Below, in pieces: positions 46,859-60,445 of a stretch of 64,000 nucleotides of DNA; within the stretch, counting starts at the first letter, position 1, and every line of letters begins with the position of its first letter. Source of the stretch: Psammoneis japonica (Eukaryota); contig QPGO01000002.1 in the NCBI GenBank assembly GCA_008632985.1, positions 682,001-746,000 on the forward strand. The letters are read 5' to 3'. Made by a program: the position numbers and the translations under genes. The notes under the pieces are model-generated. The model made no database searches and was not told the DNA's origin. It saw nothing but the letters and a program-made list of their open reading frames with translations.

Positions 46859-49800
46859 TTACGCAAACGGATCTTTTCTCAAAGGATCAAATTTGGATTG
46901 TTTCGGCGCCGCTGGGGCAGGCGCTGTTGCCGGAGGAGCCGCCGCCGCAAACAAGTTTGTCGTTGCCGGAGGTTGCTGTCCCGGAAGTAATTGTGGTGGA
47001 GGTGCTGTAAACCCAGGCTGTTGGTGCGGTGTTTGTACATAGGCCTGTTGCTGCTGCGGCGGCGGATACTGCGGCTGTCCGGCAAAGGCTGATGCTTGTC
47101 CTCCTTGCGGATTGTACTGCGGTGGACCCGCCTGCTGAGGATTGTAGGCCGCGGGGGGCTGCTGACGCGGAGCCGAAGATGCATACGCTGATGGCGGAGG
47201 AGCCTGCTGCACCGCCACCATGGGTTGTAGAGTCTTTGGTGGAATCTGCGCAAACGTTGGTTGAGGAGGAGCAGGCGATCTACTAGGTTGTGCTGGCTGC
47301 TGATGCTGCTGAGAATATCCTACTGGCCTCACTGGTCCCGCGCCCGGTGGCTGTTGTTGTGTATACCTTGGTTGATTCGGAGGCGCGGCTGCACTAGTAG
47401 TCGGAGCTCTCGATTCTGCCGGTGGCTGAGCAAAGGCAGGCGGAGCCGATGCCGTAGGTCTGCTACTAGTTGGGCGGCAGTTGAGCAATTGTTGGCTGCT
47501 GAGCAAACGCCGGTGGCGGTGTAGACGTGGCAGACGATCCAGATACCGACATGGAATCAAACATGCCCAAGACATTGTTGGACTGTTGTTGCACTTGAGC
47601 GACCGTCTTGCCAGGTTCGGCAGGAGCCGCAATACCCAAACAAGTCCACGACAGGATTGGCAACAGCCGGTGGACGTTGCTGCTGCGGATGTCCACGACC
47701 CTGAGCATGACCTGGGTGTCTCGCAGGCTGAGGTGGTGGATACGGTGCAGCCGAGGGTCGATGTCCTGTCGGCGCCATGGCTGCGTGGATACTCTGGAAT
47801 GGAATGTTCACACGCAACCTCGAATCTCTCTTGAGCTGTATACACGAACAGTAGTAATGCAAAAAAAACGTGAGCCAAAAACATTAACCGGAATTCTAAT
47901 ACGAGTACACACAAAATCCATAATACTCAATATTCAACACACTCACACTCCCTTGTGGCGGATTCTTCATGACACGCCGCGCATTGGCACAAACCCGTCT
48001 TGCCCAAAACAGCATGGCTCGATCGACCAAGAGCGAATACACTTGCGTCGCAGCCTCTCGGACTTGTTGCGCTTGTTTGGGTCTCAAACTGTCACTGTGT
48101 GACTTTAACGCACGAATCTTATCAAGACCGTCCGTCGCTTCCGCCACGGCCGCAAGCGGTCCGTGCAGAATCAAATTCCGCAAAATATGCAAGGCGTACA
48201 ATCCATGTTTCCATTGCATACCCTTGGAATCACGGATTCGCATCCACACGACCGACATGACATCAAACAAAACGGCACTCGCCTCGCGGCAACTTTCCGT
48301 CAATCGTGTCAATGCTTCTTGATAATCTCCTTGGTATCCCGAATTGCTTGTGAGAGACATGGCCAATCGTCGTGCTGTTGCATTGGATTGGATCAAGAAC
48401 CGACTCGGATTGGTTTGGGCCAATTCCCGACAAACACGGCGCACGTCAAAGTTGGTAAATTCAATTCGACTGACGCGGTGTTGATACGAACAACGAACAA
48501 AGAGCGGAGCATCCCGTGTGGCGGGTACTTGTTTGGATACCTCGTCGACGCGTTCCTTGACGAATTGTTCAAACATTTGTGTTTGAACAAAATTAATAAC
48601 GAGTGGATACATGGGCGTCCCCTCAAACATCACCAAGGTGACGTCGGGATTGAACAAACTTTTTCCGATCCAACACGGGAGGACCCTGTCCCGGTTGTTG
48701 TGGCGGTGACAGATACCAACGCATGTCTCCAATCATGCATAAAAAGAACGATGTAAAGGCAATCCGTGCCTCTTCTTCGGCAGCTTCATTCTGACAGGAT
48801 TCTGTATAGACATAATCGGAATCTTGTGGATTGACTTGTGATGTTTGCTCTTCTTGTTGAGATGAGGATGGTGTCGGTGGCGGCGTTTTGCTACCGGATG
48901 ATTCATTCAAGTCACCCGATTGTTTGGACAAGTAGGCCCGTCCCTTTTCCTTGAATTTGTTAAAGGCTCGTCCCACCTTTTTAACAGCCTCCTTGGTTCC
49001 TTCTTGGAGTGCCGATTCTCCTGAAAAGGCCCGCTTATCCGCCTTGGTAATGTCGGTCAAGTCCTTGGCCAATTCTTCCGATGTCGACAATTGCGGTTGT
49101 TGATCTGATTCATAAAGAAGAGCAGTAGTAGTATATTGTGAATGGGTGAGTTTACAAACAACAAATCAAAATAAACTCCAACAATCACAATTACTCACAA
49201 TTCCCCGTCGCATCCAAACTCGTCTCCATGAGCATACTTCTCGAACACAAGTCTGGAATCTTGTTAAATACTTGCGAGGCTGGTATACCTCGTGTTTCCA
49301 TTTCATTCGTATCCAAATGCATAATGAGCACTTCTCCAATTTCCGGTACACCCTGTAATAAATTGGCACTCAAAATCCCAATCAAATACGGCATGGGTGC
49401 CGCCAGGTATTGTTGCAAATGTGGTGGCAAAACGGGTATAAACAAGTGTTGCCAATAGAGTGATCCCTGGGCCAACATGGAAAGTGCCGATCGTGCACAA
49501 TTGGTCAAACGCGTGGGACTTGCCGAGATCATTAAGACACGTCGTTCCGAGAGCAAGGCCGAAAGCAATCGCAACGCATTGGGAACGCCACAACATCTCA
49601 AGAGGGTAAAATGGGACTCACGGTACAAGCCGAAACGACCGATTCACCGGGTTTCATGAGGATGTGGGCAATAAGAAACGGGATGTGTCAATTTGGAAAA
49701 TTTGGGACAATTTCCAAATTCGGCACCCTGCAAGGTCAACACCATGGGAGCACGCTTATCTCCGGTTTGGTTAAATAATTGGCACACACCGCCACATGAT

Positions 49801-50466
49801 TCTTGTGAAGTGCCGTCAAGAATGCCACTTGTGGTTGTGATGAAGCATGGTAGGTCGTGGCATGCTGGCTTGTTGTGATGAAATGGCTTCAACGGTTTTG
49901 AGTAGGGACGCAAACAATTGTTCACCACCATTGGCACGGGTAATCAACACCAGTGCCCGTACACCACGTCGACCGACATCCCAACGACTCGGCGCTTGTA
50001 AATGGGATGGCAAGTAATGACGAACATGACCATGGACACGTGTTCCATCACTAGTTTGGAGTGAAAAGGAATGACAGGAAAAACCTTGGTGTTGGATCCA
50101 ATACACATCGTGGCGGTTGAGACCGGGGCTCATGGGAGACGATGGGGTGCATTGGGAGGTGGGGCTGTGTATGTATAAATAGGAATAGTCATGGTTAGTA
50201 CGAGTAGCAGCGCAACCCATACACCAATCATACAAAAATAGTATTACTTTTGTACGCACCTCGATCATCATGACTTGGAAAGGCAAACCGTGCAATTCTC
50301 GCAATACCCTCCTTTCCACCCAATTCCTTTTTAACAATTTCCGAACGATTGTCGGGTGGATCAATCGAAAAGGGTGGTGGACACGAGGATGAGGCAGCCG
50401 GATGGGCAAATCGAGAAACAAATCAAACAGCGGCCATGCCGTCATCGGTGTTGGAGCAGCCGTCAT
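46859..50466 (-). CDS. Multi-exon DENN-domain Rab GEF with ENTH-like domain and Pro/Gln-rich tail (exon limits approximate; frameshifts present)
   Basis: uDENN (HSFSLQTSDGTRVHG), cDENN (LLSERRVLMIS, WQHLFIPVLP..L..YLAAPMPYLIG), dDENN (FVQTQMFEQFVKER), ENTH-like (VWMRIRDSKGMQWKHGLYALHIL..LILHG) and terminal DPF motif. Confidence 0.85.
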
Positions 50467-50973
50467 GGTGTTGATGATGAGTGGTGTGTGTGTGGGTGTG
50501 GTGTGTGTGTGTGCCTCGAAATCGGATCCAACGCAAAATGATTTTATAAGAGATTATATACAATGTAATGATGATCTAATAAATCATACAATTGTTAAGA
50601 ATGTTCATTCATTTTATTTAACGCTTCTTAACGTTTTGCCCCGTTGAAATTTTTCGACTTGTGCTGTGAGTTGACACGATTACCGGTACGTAGAATCCAC
50701 GCCAACTCTGGTACTTGATCAAAACCGGAGAAGCAAAACACTCTTGCACTCAAAAAAACGCGACGACAATAGTCATATTACCAAAAAAGATGACCATGGC
50801 GGAGGACGCAACAGAACAAGTAGAAATGACGGAACCACAAGGCATAAGGATAGCAGTCAAGTGCCAGAGAGTAGTAAAAGCAAAACGAGCTCTAAAGACA
50901 CTACTCTTCTGAGACAGCAGAACAACCTTCAACTTTACAAGCGGCATGTTCTTCTTCACCCACAACGACGCCG

Positions 50974-53160
50974 ATGAACGACATGTCAACTCCACCTCCG
51001 TCTCAATTGCGAAAACGCCATACTCTAACCAATCCAACCAACGATGTTTCCAGACAAGCAGTACCAGAAGAGGAAGATGCTTGGAGAAACGATGCCGTTC
51101 CTGCTCTAAGCGAACGCATTACGCAACCTTCGAGAAATGCCTTTTATAAATTCTTCTACACGACGGAGAATACCAATCGTAATGCTGCTGTACCACCACC
51201 GGCACCCAGTAACGATGAAATGGATAATACTGCTGGACGCAGATCATCAAACTTCATCTCCTCTCGATGCCACCGAAGCAACGATTCAACAACAGTCTTC
51301 GTTGGATTATCACGCTACACAAGAACAAGAAGACAAACTCTTTACACGGTCCTTTTGGAAGGGCTATGATGATTGGATTTTATTGAGTCTCTTTGGTTTC
51401 TTGGGGATACTCTTTCGATTGGCGGCAGCCAATTGGTTTGCCTACTTTGATGATGTCTTTAATGCCGATTCGGCACTCTTTCGGAATTTACCTCTCAATT
51501 GTTTGAGTTGTTTCTTTTTGGGATTGTTGGGAAGTGGTAATGAATTGTTTGAACGGATTGAACAACACAAGTACAATCCGCAACCATTGTATACTAGAAC
51601 TACAGCACAACAATCACAACAACAACAAGAAGAAAATTCCATGAATGATCATGATTTGTTTGCAACTACTTCTTCATTAAATCCATCTCCTGAAGACGAT
51701 TTACGTCAAGTACAAATGGAAGCCTTGGAACGACGAATACGAGCATCACCCTGTTTGGTTTTGTTTCCCATTCGTAAGGAAGAAATGGATGTCATGGATC
51801 ATTATGTCAATGATGGACGTTATCTCGGAACGGAAAAACGATCCAATAACAACAATGATTCCTTGTATGATTTGAATTTTACAGAAGAACAAGACGAAGA
51901 TGAACGAATTCATGTAGTGGTTCATCATCAAGACGACGAGACAGTGATGAACTTAGCAAGAAAAAGCAAGATGCGGAGTTGAATACCATTCGAGAAGCAG
52001 ACGACCCAGCAGCGCAAGACTATGACAAGGAAGACAAGGACGCTGTCGCGGGTGTCTTTCGAGTCGACGCTACTACTACATCATCTCGCGTCATTACACG
52101 CAATGGCCATGCTCCCTTATCGGGACAAAGCCCTACTGCTACTACTTCAGAAACGCCCGTCGAAGGCCAAGGATTGGATCAATTTATTCACGGCGTGTCG
52201 GCCAACATTCAAGGCGTATCGACCAATATCACGACCAATATGGCTCGTTTGAATCGTGTCAATTTAGCCGACGGTTGGGACGATGGCACGAGTGCACGTA
52301 CCATGAGTTCCGATTTGTTGTTGGGATTACGGACGGGTTTTTGTGGAGCATTGTCGAGTTTTTCCTCTTGGAATTCCAGCATGGTACGATTGTTGCGAAA
52401 TGGGTACATTGGACAAGCCGTGGTGGGGTATGCGATTGGATTGCAACTGCCCATTGTATCGTACCGGTTTGGACAGCATGCGGCGCTTTATTTGTTTGTG
52501 TGGAGATGTCGGCGTGAAACGAGACGAGATGAGCGACGAGGATATGGATTGCGATTGCGACAAGATGATGACGATGATGATTGTAGTAGTACACAAGAAG
52601 ATGAGGCGGGAGACGAGTCTGCCAATGCTAGTGACGAGGAAGAAAACAATGGCCACCATGTTGTAGTGGACGAGGCAGAGCGGCGAACACTGTCGGTACG
52701 AGCCGTGGCGACGGCCATTTTCATTCTTGCCATTGTTTTGCAGATTGTATCCATCAACATTTTTACCAAACCGCAGCAACAACAAAATGCCATTAGTTTG
52801 CTCTTTTCACCTCTTGGCGTGCTGACTCGGTGGCGGCTGTCCAAGTGGAACACGTGGAGAGCGGGATTTCCGCTGGGGACCTTTACCGCCAACATGTTGG
52901 CGTGTATGCTGAGTGGTGGATTGGGATCCCTCTTGGCGGGGAATCCTGGTCCAGAAGAATCGATTGTTTTGGTGGGTATTATTGGCGGCTTTAGTGGAGC
53001 ACTGAGTTCCTTGGCGCAGCTTATTGTAGAGATCCTGGCTGGTATTGATCCAATCATTTTCAAATACAGCGGAATTACCTATGCCGTGGCGACCATTTGG
53101 TGGGGCTTTGTGATTGGTATAGTGACGCAAGCCTCCATGGATTGGGCCGATGAGATATGA
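50974..53160 (+). CDS. FEX-type fluoride exporter (two Fluc/CrcB domains); apparent frameshifts near 51240 and 51950
   Basis: GFLGILFR, NLPLNCLSCFFLG, LRTGFCGALSSFSSW, PLGVLTRW, FPLGTFTAN and GGFSGALSS motifs. Confidence 0.85.
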
Positions 53161-53244
53161 ATGAAACAAAAATTAGAAAACATTAAAAGTGTTGTGATGA
53201 TTATATTGTCTAAAAAATGTGATTTTGCCGTATTCTCGGTGCTG

Positions 53245-54855
53245 CTAGGTCTTGTCGTATGGTCTCGCGGCCCCCGTTCGTCGCTCTTTGGCGCCAAGAT
53301 TATCCCCGGCAACGCGATCTTGACCGTCAAGAGAGCTTGACGCCGGCATTCTATTTATAGAGAACAGGAGAGTATAGGCACACGGCAATGGTTTGTGAGC
53401 TGGAACCAGAAACGAAGCGACGCAACAGTTTTAGTTGACGCGCAACAACCGCCGTGCAATAACTTACCCGACATACAATCGCATTTCTCCCGTGAAAAAG
53501 TGTGTTCGACCAATGACAACGACTGTGCCCTCATCGTACTCTTCTTCATCGAGCCATTCCTCCAGTTCACTCGTGTCGCCCTCGTCATCCGATGATTGGG
53601 AATCCAACATTGCAGCTTCTTGTTGGTAACGGTGGAAGCCATTCAATTCTTGTTGTTCCGGAGACCCTCCACCGGGTATACCCTTTTCCATGAGCTCTTG
53701 CGCCATTTTTTGATTCTCCTCTTGATCCATTTCCATTTCTTCACCCATGAGCATAACCATGGCGTCACATCCAAACTGAATCAAGTGCTCCTCATCATTG
53801 TCGTGGGATGATGGTTCGAGCGAAAGAAAATTGTTGTGGCCGCCGCCGCCATTGTTGTTTGCCTTGTCCACAACGGATATCAATTGCAAATCCGTCGCTT
53901 GAAATGTGAGTGGTTCCCAGAGGCCCTTTAACTTTCGTGCCATTTCAATAGCACTCGTCACGGTGGGGAACCGTCCAATGGGCAAAATGGGACGATACTC
54001 CGAGGTGGCACTGGGGAGGGCGGAGGAAACGGACGATGTTGGAGAGTACGCGTGAAACTGTCCAAACTTGGTTTGCAGCAATTCACGTAGCTCTTTTAGT
54101 TTGGCACGACTTTCGGGATCCGGCTCCAAACATATTACACAAGGCCCATTGAATTCTTGGTACATTTGTTTTTGTTTCTCCAGCAGAGCTCGTGGTGAAT
54201 CTTCTTCGGATTGTTTGCGATAGGTCGTTTTCGTCTTGCGCGGCGTCGAGCCATTAACGTCATTGATCTTTTTTGATTCCTTTTTCGGTCTTTTCAATTG
54301 CCGTATTCTCTGCTGTTGTCGTCCACGTCGTTCTTCTCGAGCAATCAGACGATCGACCTCTTCTTGTTCCTTTTGTTCTCTCAAGTCCTTTTCATTAGTA
54401 TTTTCTACCGGCTCTCCTATTTTAGCCAGAGCTTCCCATTCTGCCTCGAGTGCTTCCATATGTGGAATAATGACCCACTCATTCAAGGAGATTTCAAAGG
54501 GTTCTATCTCGTGCTTTTCAATCACCTGCGCTATTTCTAGAGCGACGTCTGACAGGGCTTTGCGAGGGAAAAAGGGATGAAACAATCGAATCGCAGGTGG
54601 CCATTTATGATAGGTATCATCGCGAGCAGCGTGACGAGAGCGCTGAATGGTATCCCAAAAGGGTCCCGGCGGAATGATGCACAGCGCCGTGTCCATGCTT
54701 TGTTCGCATGATGGAGCTGCAGCGATTCGTGAGGTTGTTGTTCGAAACGTAGTACTTTTCGGTAGGGTTGGAAAGCTGAAGCTCGCAACAACTGAAAAGT
54801 TACAAAACTGCATAATTGCACCATATACCCCATATCTTAACAAGAGACGCATCAT
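53245..54855 (-). CDS. 2'-5' RNA ligase-like (2H phosphoesterase superfamily) protein, probably plastid-targeted; intron 53351-53467
   Basis: TALCIIPP..WDTIQR.R...D..YHKWPPAIRLFHPF motif; signal ending VAS-FSF. A GT-AG intron gives an in-frame last exon (GMPASSSLDG...DKT*). Confidence 0.7.
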
Positions 54856-55009
54856 TCTTGCAGCAATAGACTCTAGAAGGCTTGTTCTAATCGTGCCCCA
54901 TGGCGGTGTTCCGAGTTCTGATGCAGTTGCTGGTTTTTATTTCTCACATCATTTTTTGATGTTCTGTGTGTATGCGCAGTTGGGTTGTGTGCTTTTGAAA
55001 TCGTTGCAG

Positions 55010-55560
55010 CTATCTATCTAATCTATCTAGCCCTATCTGGATCATGTATCTCTCTAGCTCTAGAGCGAGAGATAGCTATCTACCGGTGTAGCCTCTTAGC
55101 TACTTTAGCTAGCTAGAGTCGTCCCTAGAGTACAGTAGGCTATCTATCTACAGTACGGCACGTACCTCTACTCTAGAGTAGAGTCTATCTCTACTCTCCA
55201 CAGTTAGTAGAGCGAGAGTAGTAGCTACTCTCTAGAGTAGAGAGCATCCATTCTTTCTATCTGGCTCGCTCGCTCGCTCGACTGTATGTATTCTATCTCT
55301 TTTTCTTTACTGCAGGGGAGTAGAGGTAACAGGTAGGTAGAACTAAAGCTACTCGAGTTGCCGGTAACTTCTATCTAGTAGTGGTTAGCTCTACAGCTTC
55401 CGGCATCAACTCTAGAGAGCTGCCGTGCTCAGCTCTCCTTACACTACCAGTAGAGAGGGCACGCTGTCGGCAGTCGGCACCTCTAGCTAGAATAGAGAGA
55501 AGTAGAACGGTGATGCAGCGATTTCGAGTCAGAGATTGATTATGTGCTGTGGTAGCTATA
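55010..55560. repeat. Low-complexity CTA/TAG-rich tract with short palindromes
   Basis: Dense ctag/ctac/gtag/tatc motifs, including the perfect palindrome ctctactctagagtagag at 55166-55183. Confidence 0.8.
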
Positions 55561-55568
55561 GATGACAT

Positions 55569-57557
55569 TTAAAACTCAATCCGTTTGAAGAGTTGTGATG
55601 AAACAGTCGACCCGTCTCCCAGGGTGCCGTACGTGTTATCTCCAGTGCCCCATAGGGATCCATCTGTCTTGATAACCATGGAATATCCACCGCCGGCAGC
55701 ACAGAAAGCAACGTCAGACATGATCATCTCGAATTGGAGAGCCTGAAGTTTGGATCCGAGTCCAAGGGCGGAGCCACCTGTCCCAGCCCCCCACAACGTC
55801 CCATCCGTCTTTATTGCCAAAGTATGATAGCTCCCTGCTGCGACTGAAGCAACATCCGTCAGTACCTCCACCGGACTGAACCTATTCGATGTCGTACCAT
55901 CGCCTATCTGACCACGAGGATTGTTGCCCCAACCTACCAGAGTACCATCTGATTTCAATACCATGACCCTCACATTACTAGTCGCCACTGCTACAACATC
56001 CTCCATCAGCTTTACAGGAGTTCGCACCTCGGCTTGCTCTGGATCCACCAGAAAAAGGCCGTACACTTCATTTCTTCCGCAGCCCAACAAAGTTCCATCC
56101 TTTTTCAGTATAAATGAAGCATCTTCGGCCGCAGCTACAGCAGCTACGTTTGACATTAGCTTTTTGGGCACATTTTGAATTCCTAATGTGGGTTTTCCAA
56201 GCGCTCCATAACTGTTGCTACCCGTAACCCATAGCGTCCCATCCGTTTTCAGTATTAATGTATGGGTAGAGCCAGCAGCAACAGCGGCAACATCAGTCAT
56301 AATTTGAGTTGGTTTCATCCTCGTTATGTAGGTTCCATCGCCGAGTTCGCCGTGAATGTTTTTGCCCCAACCCCACAGCGTGCCGTCCTTTTTTATTGCC
56401 ATGGTATGGGATTCATAAGCCGATACCGATGCTACATCAGACATGATTTCTACTGGGGAAAATCTCTGCACATCTGTCCCATCGCCCAGCTTCCCATAAT
56501 CGTTTGTACCGGTGCCATATAACTTGCCATCGGCCTGGAGAATCATGGTGTAACGAAAACCAAACGCGACCTGGATTGTTGCCACCCGCTCCACCTTTTT
56601 CCTTGGCTTTGACAAACTAGCATCGTCAAAACGTATGGATGTTCTTGCTTTTGCATCGATGAATACTTTCAAGGTGACCTCGTCTCCCGGGTTGACCGTG
56701 ATTCTTCGAATCTTGAACTTCATCCACTTATTCGGCAATGGAAGAATATCCACAGAATAGCCAACATCTTTCTGATTGATGTACACTTTCATCGTGGCGT
56801 TGTTAAGCTCACCGGAGCCTTTACAAAAGATAGATGCAATATATTTTCCTGGCTCAGAAACAAATCTGGTGGTCTCAAACATTGTTTGAGCGTCTTTAGG
56901 AAACCAGACACCAAGAGCGTCACTTCCTTTCCGTCCTTTCCCGGCTTGAGATGTCGGAAATGTCTTGAAACTGGTCGGATAGGTCCAGCCATACTCGCCC
57001 CGTTCGAACTGACCATTGACTAGCGCAGATCCCTGGTCAGGAAGCTTCCGGAACTCCCAACCATCCACGTTGAACCATGCTTTCTCGTTAGGGCCTGCAA
57101 CAATTTTTGCTCCCAGTTTGAAGTCCTGCTGTATAGAAAGGTACAAATTCTTAATAGTCACCTTTCTCCACTTTTTCTCGGAAGCAACAAATTCCACCTC
57201 ACGATACTTTTTCTCTTCTCTGGACAGGATAACTGACATGCGAGCCTTTGTCCAGTTTCCGCCTCCCAAAATCCATAGCGAAGCCTCATAGTATCCTGCT
57301 TTTTCACCACGATTTCCAGTGCTTACCCACGATTCCTCTCCATTTTCTGCGCTTAAAAGTACCGTACCCTCGAAGCCTCGGATTGGGTCCCGAATCGTGT
57401 CCCTGTCAACGACAGGCGCAGAGTTACCTCCAGCTAATGCCCAGCGCCTGAAAAACTTCGTCTGATGCTGATGTTCCAACGATCGTTCCAGTGCCTGGCA
57501 AGTCAACGACATGTAAAGAAATGCCGCGAGGCTGAGCACTGACTTCGAGAAAACCAT
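55569..57557 (-). CDS. Secreted RCC1/BLIP-II beta-propeller protein with two N-terminal carbohydrate-binding-like modules; intronless
   Basis: Signal peptide MVFSKSVLSLAAFLYMSLTCQA; about 7 repeats of the form IKxDGTLWGxGxNxxGxLGDGT; CBM-like LVNGQFE ... IRFDDASL segment. Confidence 0.88.
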   Translation of the reverse strand: MVFSKSVLSLAAFLYMSLTCQALERSLEHQHQTKFFRRWALAGGNSAPVVDRDTIRDPIRGFEGTVLLSAENGEESWVSTGNRGEKAGYYEASLWILGGGNWTKARMSVILSREEKKYREVEFVASEKKWRKVTIKNLYLSIQQDFKLGAKIVAGPNEKAWFNVDGWEFRKLPDQGSALVNGQFERGEYGWTYPTSFKTFPTSQAGKGRKGSDALGVWFPKDAQTMFETTRFVSEPGKYIASIFCKGSGELNNATMKVYINQKDVGYSVDILPLPNKWMKFKIRRITVNPGDEVTLKVFIDAKARTSIRFDDASLSKPRKKVERVATIQVAFGFRYTMILQADGKLYGTGTNDYGKLGDGTDVQRFSPVEIMSDVASVSAYESHTMAIKKDGTLWGWGKNIHGELGDGTYITRMKPTQIMTDVAAVAAGSTHTLILKTDGTLWVTGSNSYGALGKPTLGIQNVPKKLMSNVAAVAAAEDASFILKKDGTLLGCGRNEVYGLFLVDPEQAEVRTPVKLMEDVVAVATSNVRVMVLKSDGTLVGWGNNPRGQIGDGTTSNRFSPVEVLTDVASVAAGSYHTLAIKTDGTLWGAGTGGSALGLGSKLQALQFEMIMSDVAFCAAGGGYSMVIKTDGSLWGTGDNTYGTLGDGSTVSSQLFKRIEF

Positions 57558-58464
57558 AATTATAATTGAACCGAGAGAGCAAGATGAGAATTGGTTCCCA
57601 GATATTGGATCGTCCCTTACTACCTTACGTATTCTTGCTTTGTGAGATATCGATCGCAAAGATCGCAAGATCGCAAATAGCAAAAACAACAATGCCAATG
57701 CCAGGTTCGGGAGATGAGAATTCGCTTCACCCTCTTTTTTGTTGAGCGAGACAATTTTTGGAAATGACTTATGGTAGAATCGTTAAATACATAATTAAAG
57801 AGCTCAAACATTTATTAGGTTTATTTATGGGAAGCAGCAATGTCTTTGTTAAATGTTTGGTGGCCAATGACTTCAGTCGTGAATCACGACTTTTCGCACG
57901 ACAAGCATTCTTCGAATATTCTTTGAATGGAACGTCTCTCCTCTCTCAAGAGTCACTCTAGTAGTAGAGCTAGAAGCTAGGAGTAGAGAGAGCTCTACTA
58001 AGCTAACAGTGTGCTGTATGACAGGATAACCCAGCATTAAGTGGCGAACGGCACACAGTATCCAGTATGCAGGCCCATCATCTCTCGACAGCAATGGGCT
58101 TTGTAAGAATAGAGAGGTTTGATGCATGTCGATATGGCTTTCTCCACTCGGCTCGTAGGGCAACCAGCGCTTAAAAAGGAGTTCTCTTTCCGAAGACGAC
58201 GATCCATATCGAACGACGATGACTAACCGCCTTCGCGTTTTTATTCTCCGTTTGTGAGTCATTCACTTTTATAGTTGGGCATGGAGAGTTCGCTCCGAAC
58301 GAAAGATCTGATCACCCGTGATTAAGATTCGCTAGTAATACCGGTTTGGTGAGAAAAAGTGAGTGTTTTCAACAGCATTGATATAAAGATTTCTCTAATA
58401 TATAGAACTAAATCCTACACACCGTTCAGTCAAGCATAAGAAGATATCAGCGTCTTGACTACCT

Positions 58465-59461
58465 CTAAGATGGACGTAACTTATTCCAGTATCCGGTGTC
58501 GGCTCTGTGAGCTCTAGGACAATCGGTCGCATGTACTTCTTCGTCATTTTTTGGATGGTGGTGCTGCGTGAGACAATCGTGCATGTTACTCATCACGGGA
58601 CGAATATCAAACCTATAGTCATCGAAATCGCCTTCGCCAGCTTCAAACCGTTGATTCTCTTGTCCAGCATCACATTGCTTGAGACGGAGTTTGCCATTAT
58701 GGTTCACAATAGCAAAGCATAGGTTGGTTCCTTCCACCTGAATTTGCCTTCCGCGTCCAGATGGTTCCAAGAATCTGAAGTTGGTATTGTCATCGTCGCA
58801 GCGCTTGATTACTATCCTATTGTCTTCTTGACAACCTCCTTTACATTCCATGCACCACTTCTTTTCTTTGTGCGTTTCTTGCCAATAGTAACCTGAAGAG
58901 CGTCAAAAACAGAACAGAGTTGTCAGAACAGGAAACGTATCACGCGAAACAAATATTATGGACAAAAACATCTTACCTTCCTCCCAGTACAGCTTCATTC
59001 GAAAGGCACCTTCCGGTGGCTCATCATCAGCGGGGTTGAAACAATAGTCCCTTTCACCTGTTGGTGTCCCCGAGCATCCAGGGATAGTTGTTTCGCTGCT
59101 GCCGCGCTGATAGCACATGTAGTTGCTATCACAATCATCGTCAGAGTCGCAGTCACCTACACCATTAAGTGTTGAGAGAGCAAGACATCTTATTTAGTTG
59201 GTGTGGTACACTCATAACAGTGAAAGGGCAGACACACTCACCTTCGCATTTTCCGAGAGGGAACGCAGACGCCGGGTTCCGGTTGTCACCTGCAATGTTC
59301 AGAGTAGCGAGCTTTCTATGACCTTGTGCGTTGTACGTCTCTGGTTGTTGCTTTTCCAGATAGTAGCTTTCAGATACGAAGTTCTTTCGCAAGTTTCCAA
59401 GCTTGTAGCCACTAGCGAAAGTATTTGCGACATTTAGGAAGGCGATAACGGAGACTCTCAT
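58465..59461 (-). CDS. Secreted frustulin-like (acidic Cys-rich) protein with C-terminal ricin-B-like lectin; introns 59157-59241 and 58893-58976
   Basis: Spliced product contains FPLGKCEGDCDSDDDC...CYQR...IPGCSG...DYC, then RMKLYWEEGYYWQE and ricin-type LC...C...NQRF repeats. Confidence 0.85.
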
Positions 59462-60445
59462 GTATTTACCTGCGAGGGCGGAGTAAGAAGAAAAATGATT
59501 CCAGTGAGAAGCTTCGTCGTAGCGGACCAAGAAAAATGGTGCTCCCTCCCAAGTGAAGGTGATCAGTTGCATTTACTCACTTCGTTGTTCTTGGTTTCGA
59601 TATTTTGTGAGAAGAAGCATTGGCCTCTATGCTTTTGGGTCGTGATTCAGCGATGCGATCGCGTTTTTCGAAATTTGAAATTGAGTCACGAGACTGTGTC
59701 ACTCCCCATCGAACAGGTTTCGTCTGTACTTCGGTCACAGATAATCATGTCACAACAACAGTTTATCGAATACGGTCAAAGGACAGAAGAGTCGACAATA
59801 CGATAGGGAGTGAAATACGCGACCAAACCCATGACCAAACTCACGCGGCAAACGCAAAACAAGAATCAACGAGAATCATCAATCACGAAAGGGCGAACAA
59901 CCAAGACCCCACAACTTCGTATCAGCAGCGTTCAAGTCTCCACAATAGAACGAGCACAGAGAGTTCTGTTTGGTTGGTTAGTTCACGACCGCAACTAATT
60001 CAAAAAGAATGAAACTCGGGCGAAGCTCAGAGAGCATGCGCACATACAAGGCACGCCACGCGCGGTAGACCCCTCAACATGCAGCTCCAAATTGCATGAA
60101 AGGCAGTGCTAGTAGATGGAGGCTATTCATCTGACACACCCTCATAATTTCCATGCCGATAACCTTGTGAGCAACTTGTCTGTAAACACGGTACTCAGGC
60201 AACGACACTCTACAACCAACGTATAAGACGCATTCTTGTCCCCTTGTGTGTCAATCACGTCTCTTTCGGATGGCTATTCGAGGGTAGTGCAGTATCTTTT
60301 TCAAACCACGTCCACGATAGAGGAAGACTTTGACTCGAAATCCTACCCCGTGATCTCGTGACATTTGCCAAGTACCATAGCATTGCCAAGTCCAAACTGT
60401 GTTTGTTCTGGTCGTATGGTACCTGAAAAATGGCCTGGAATGGAG

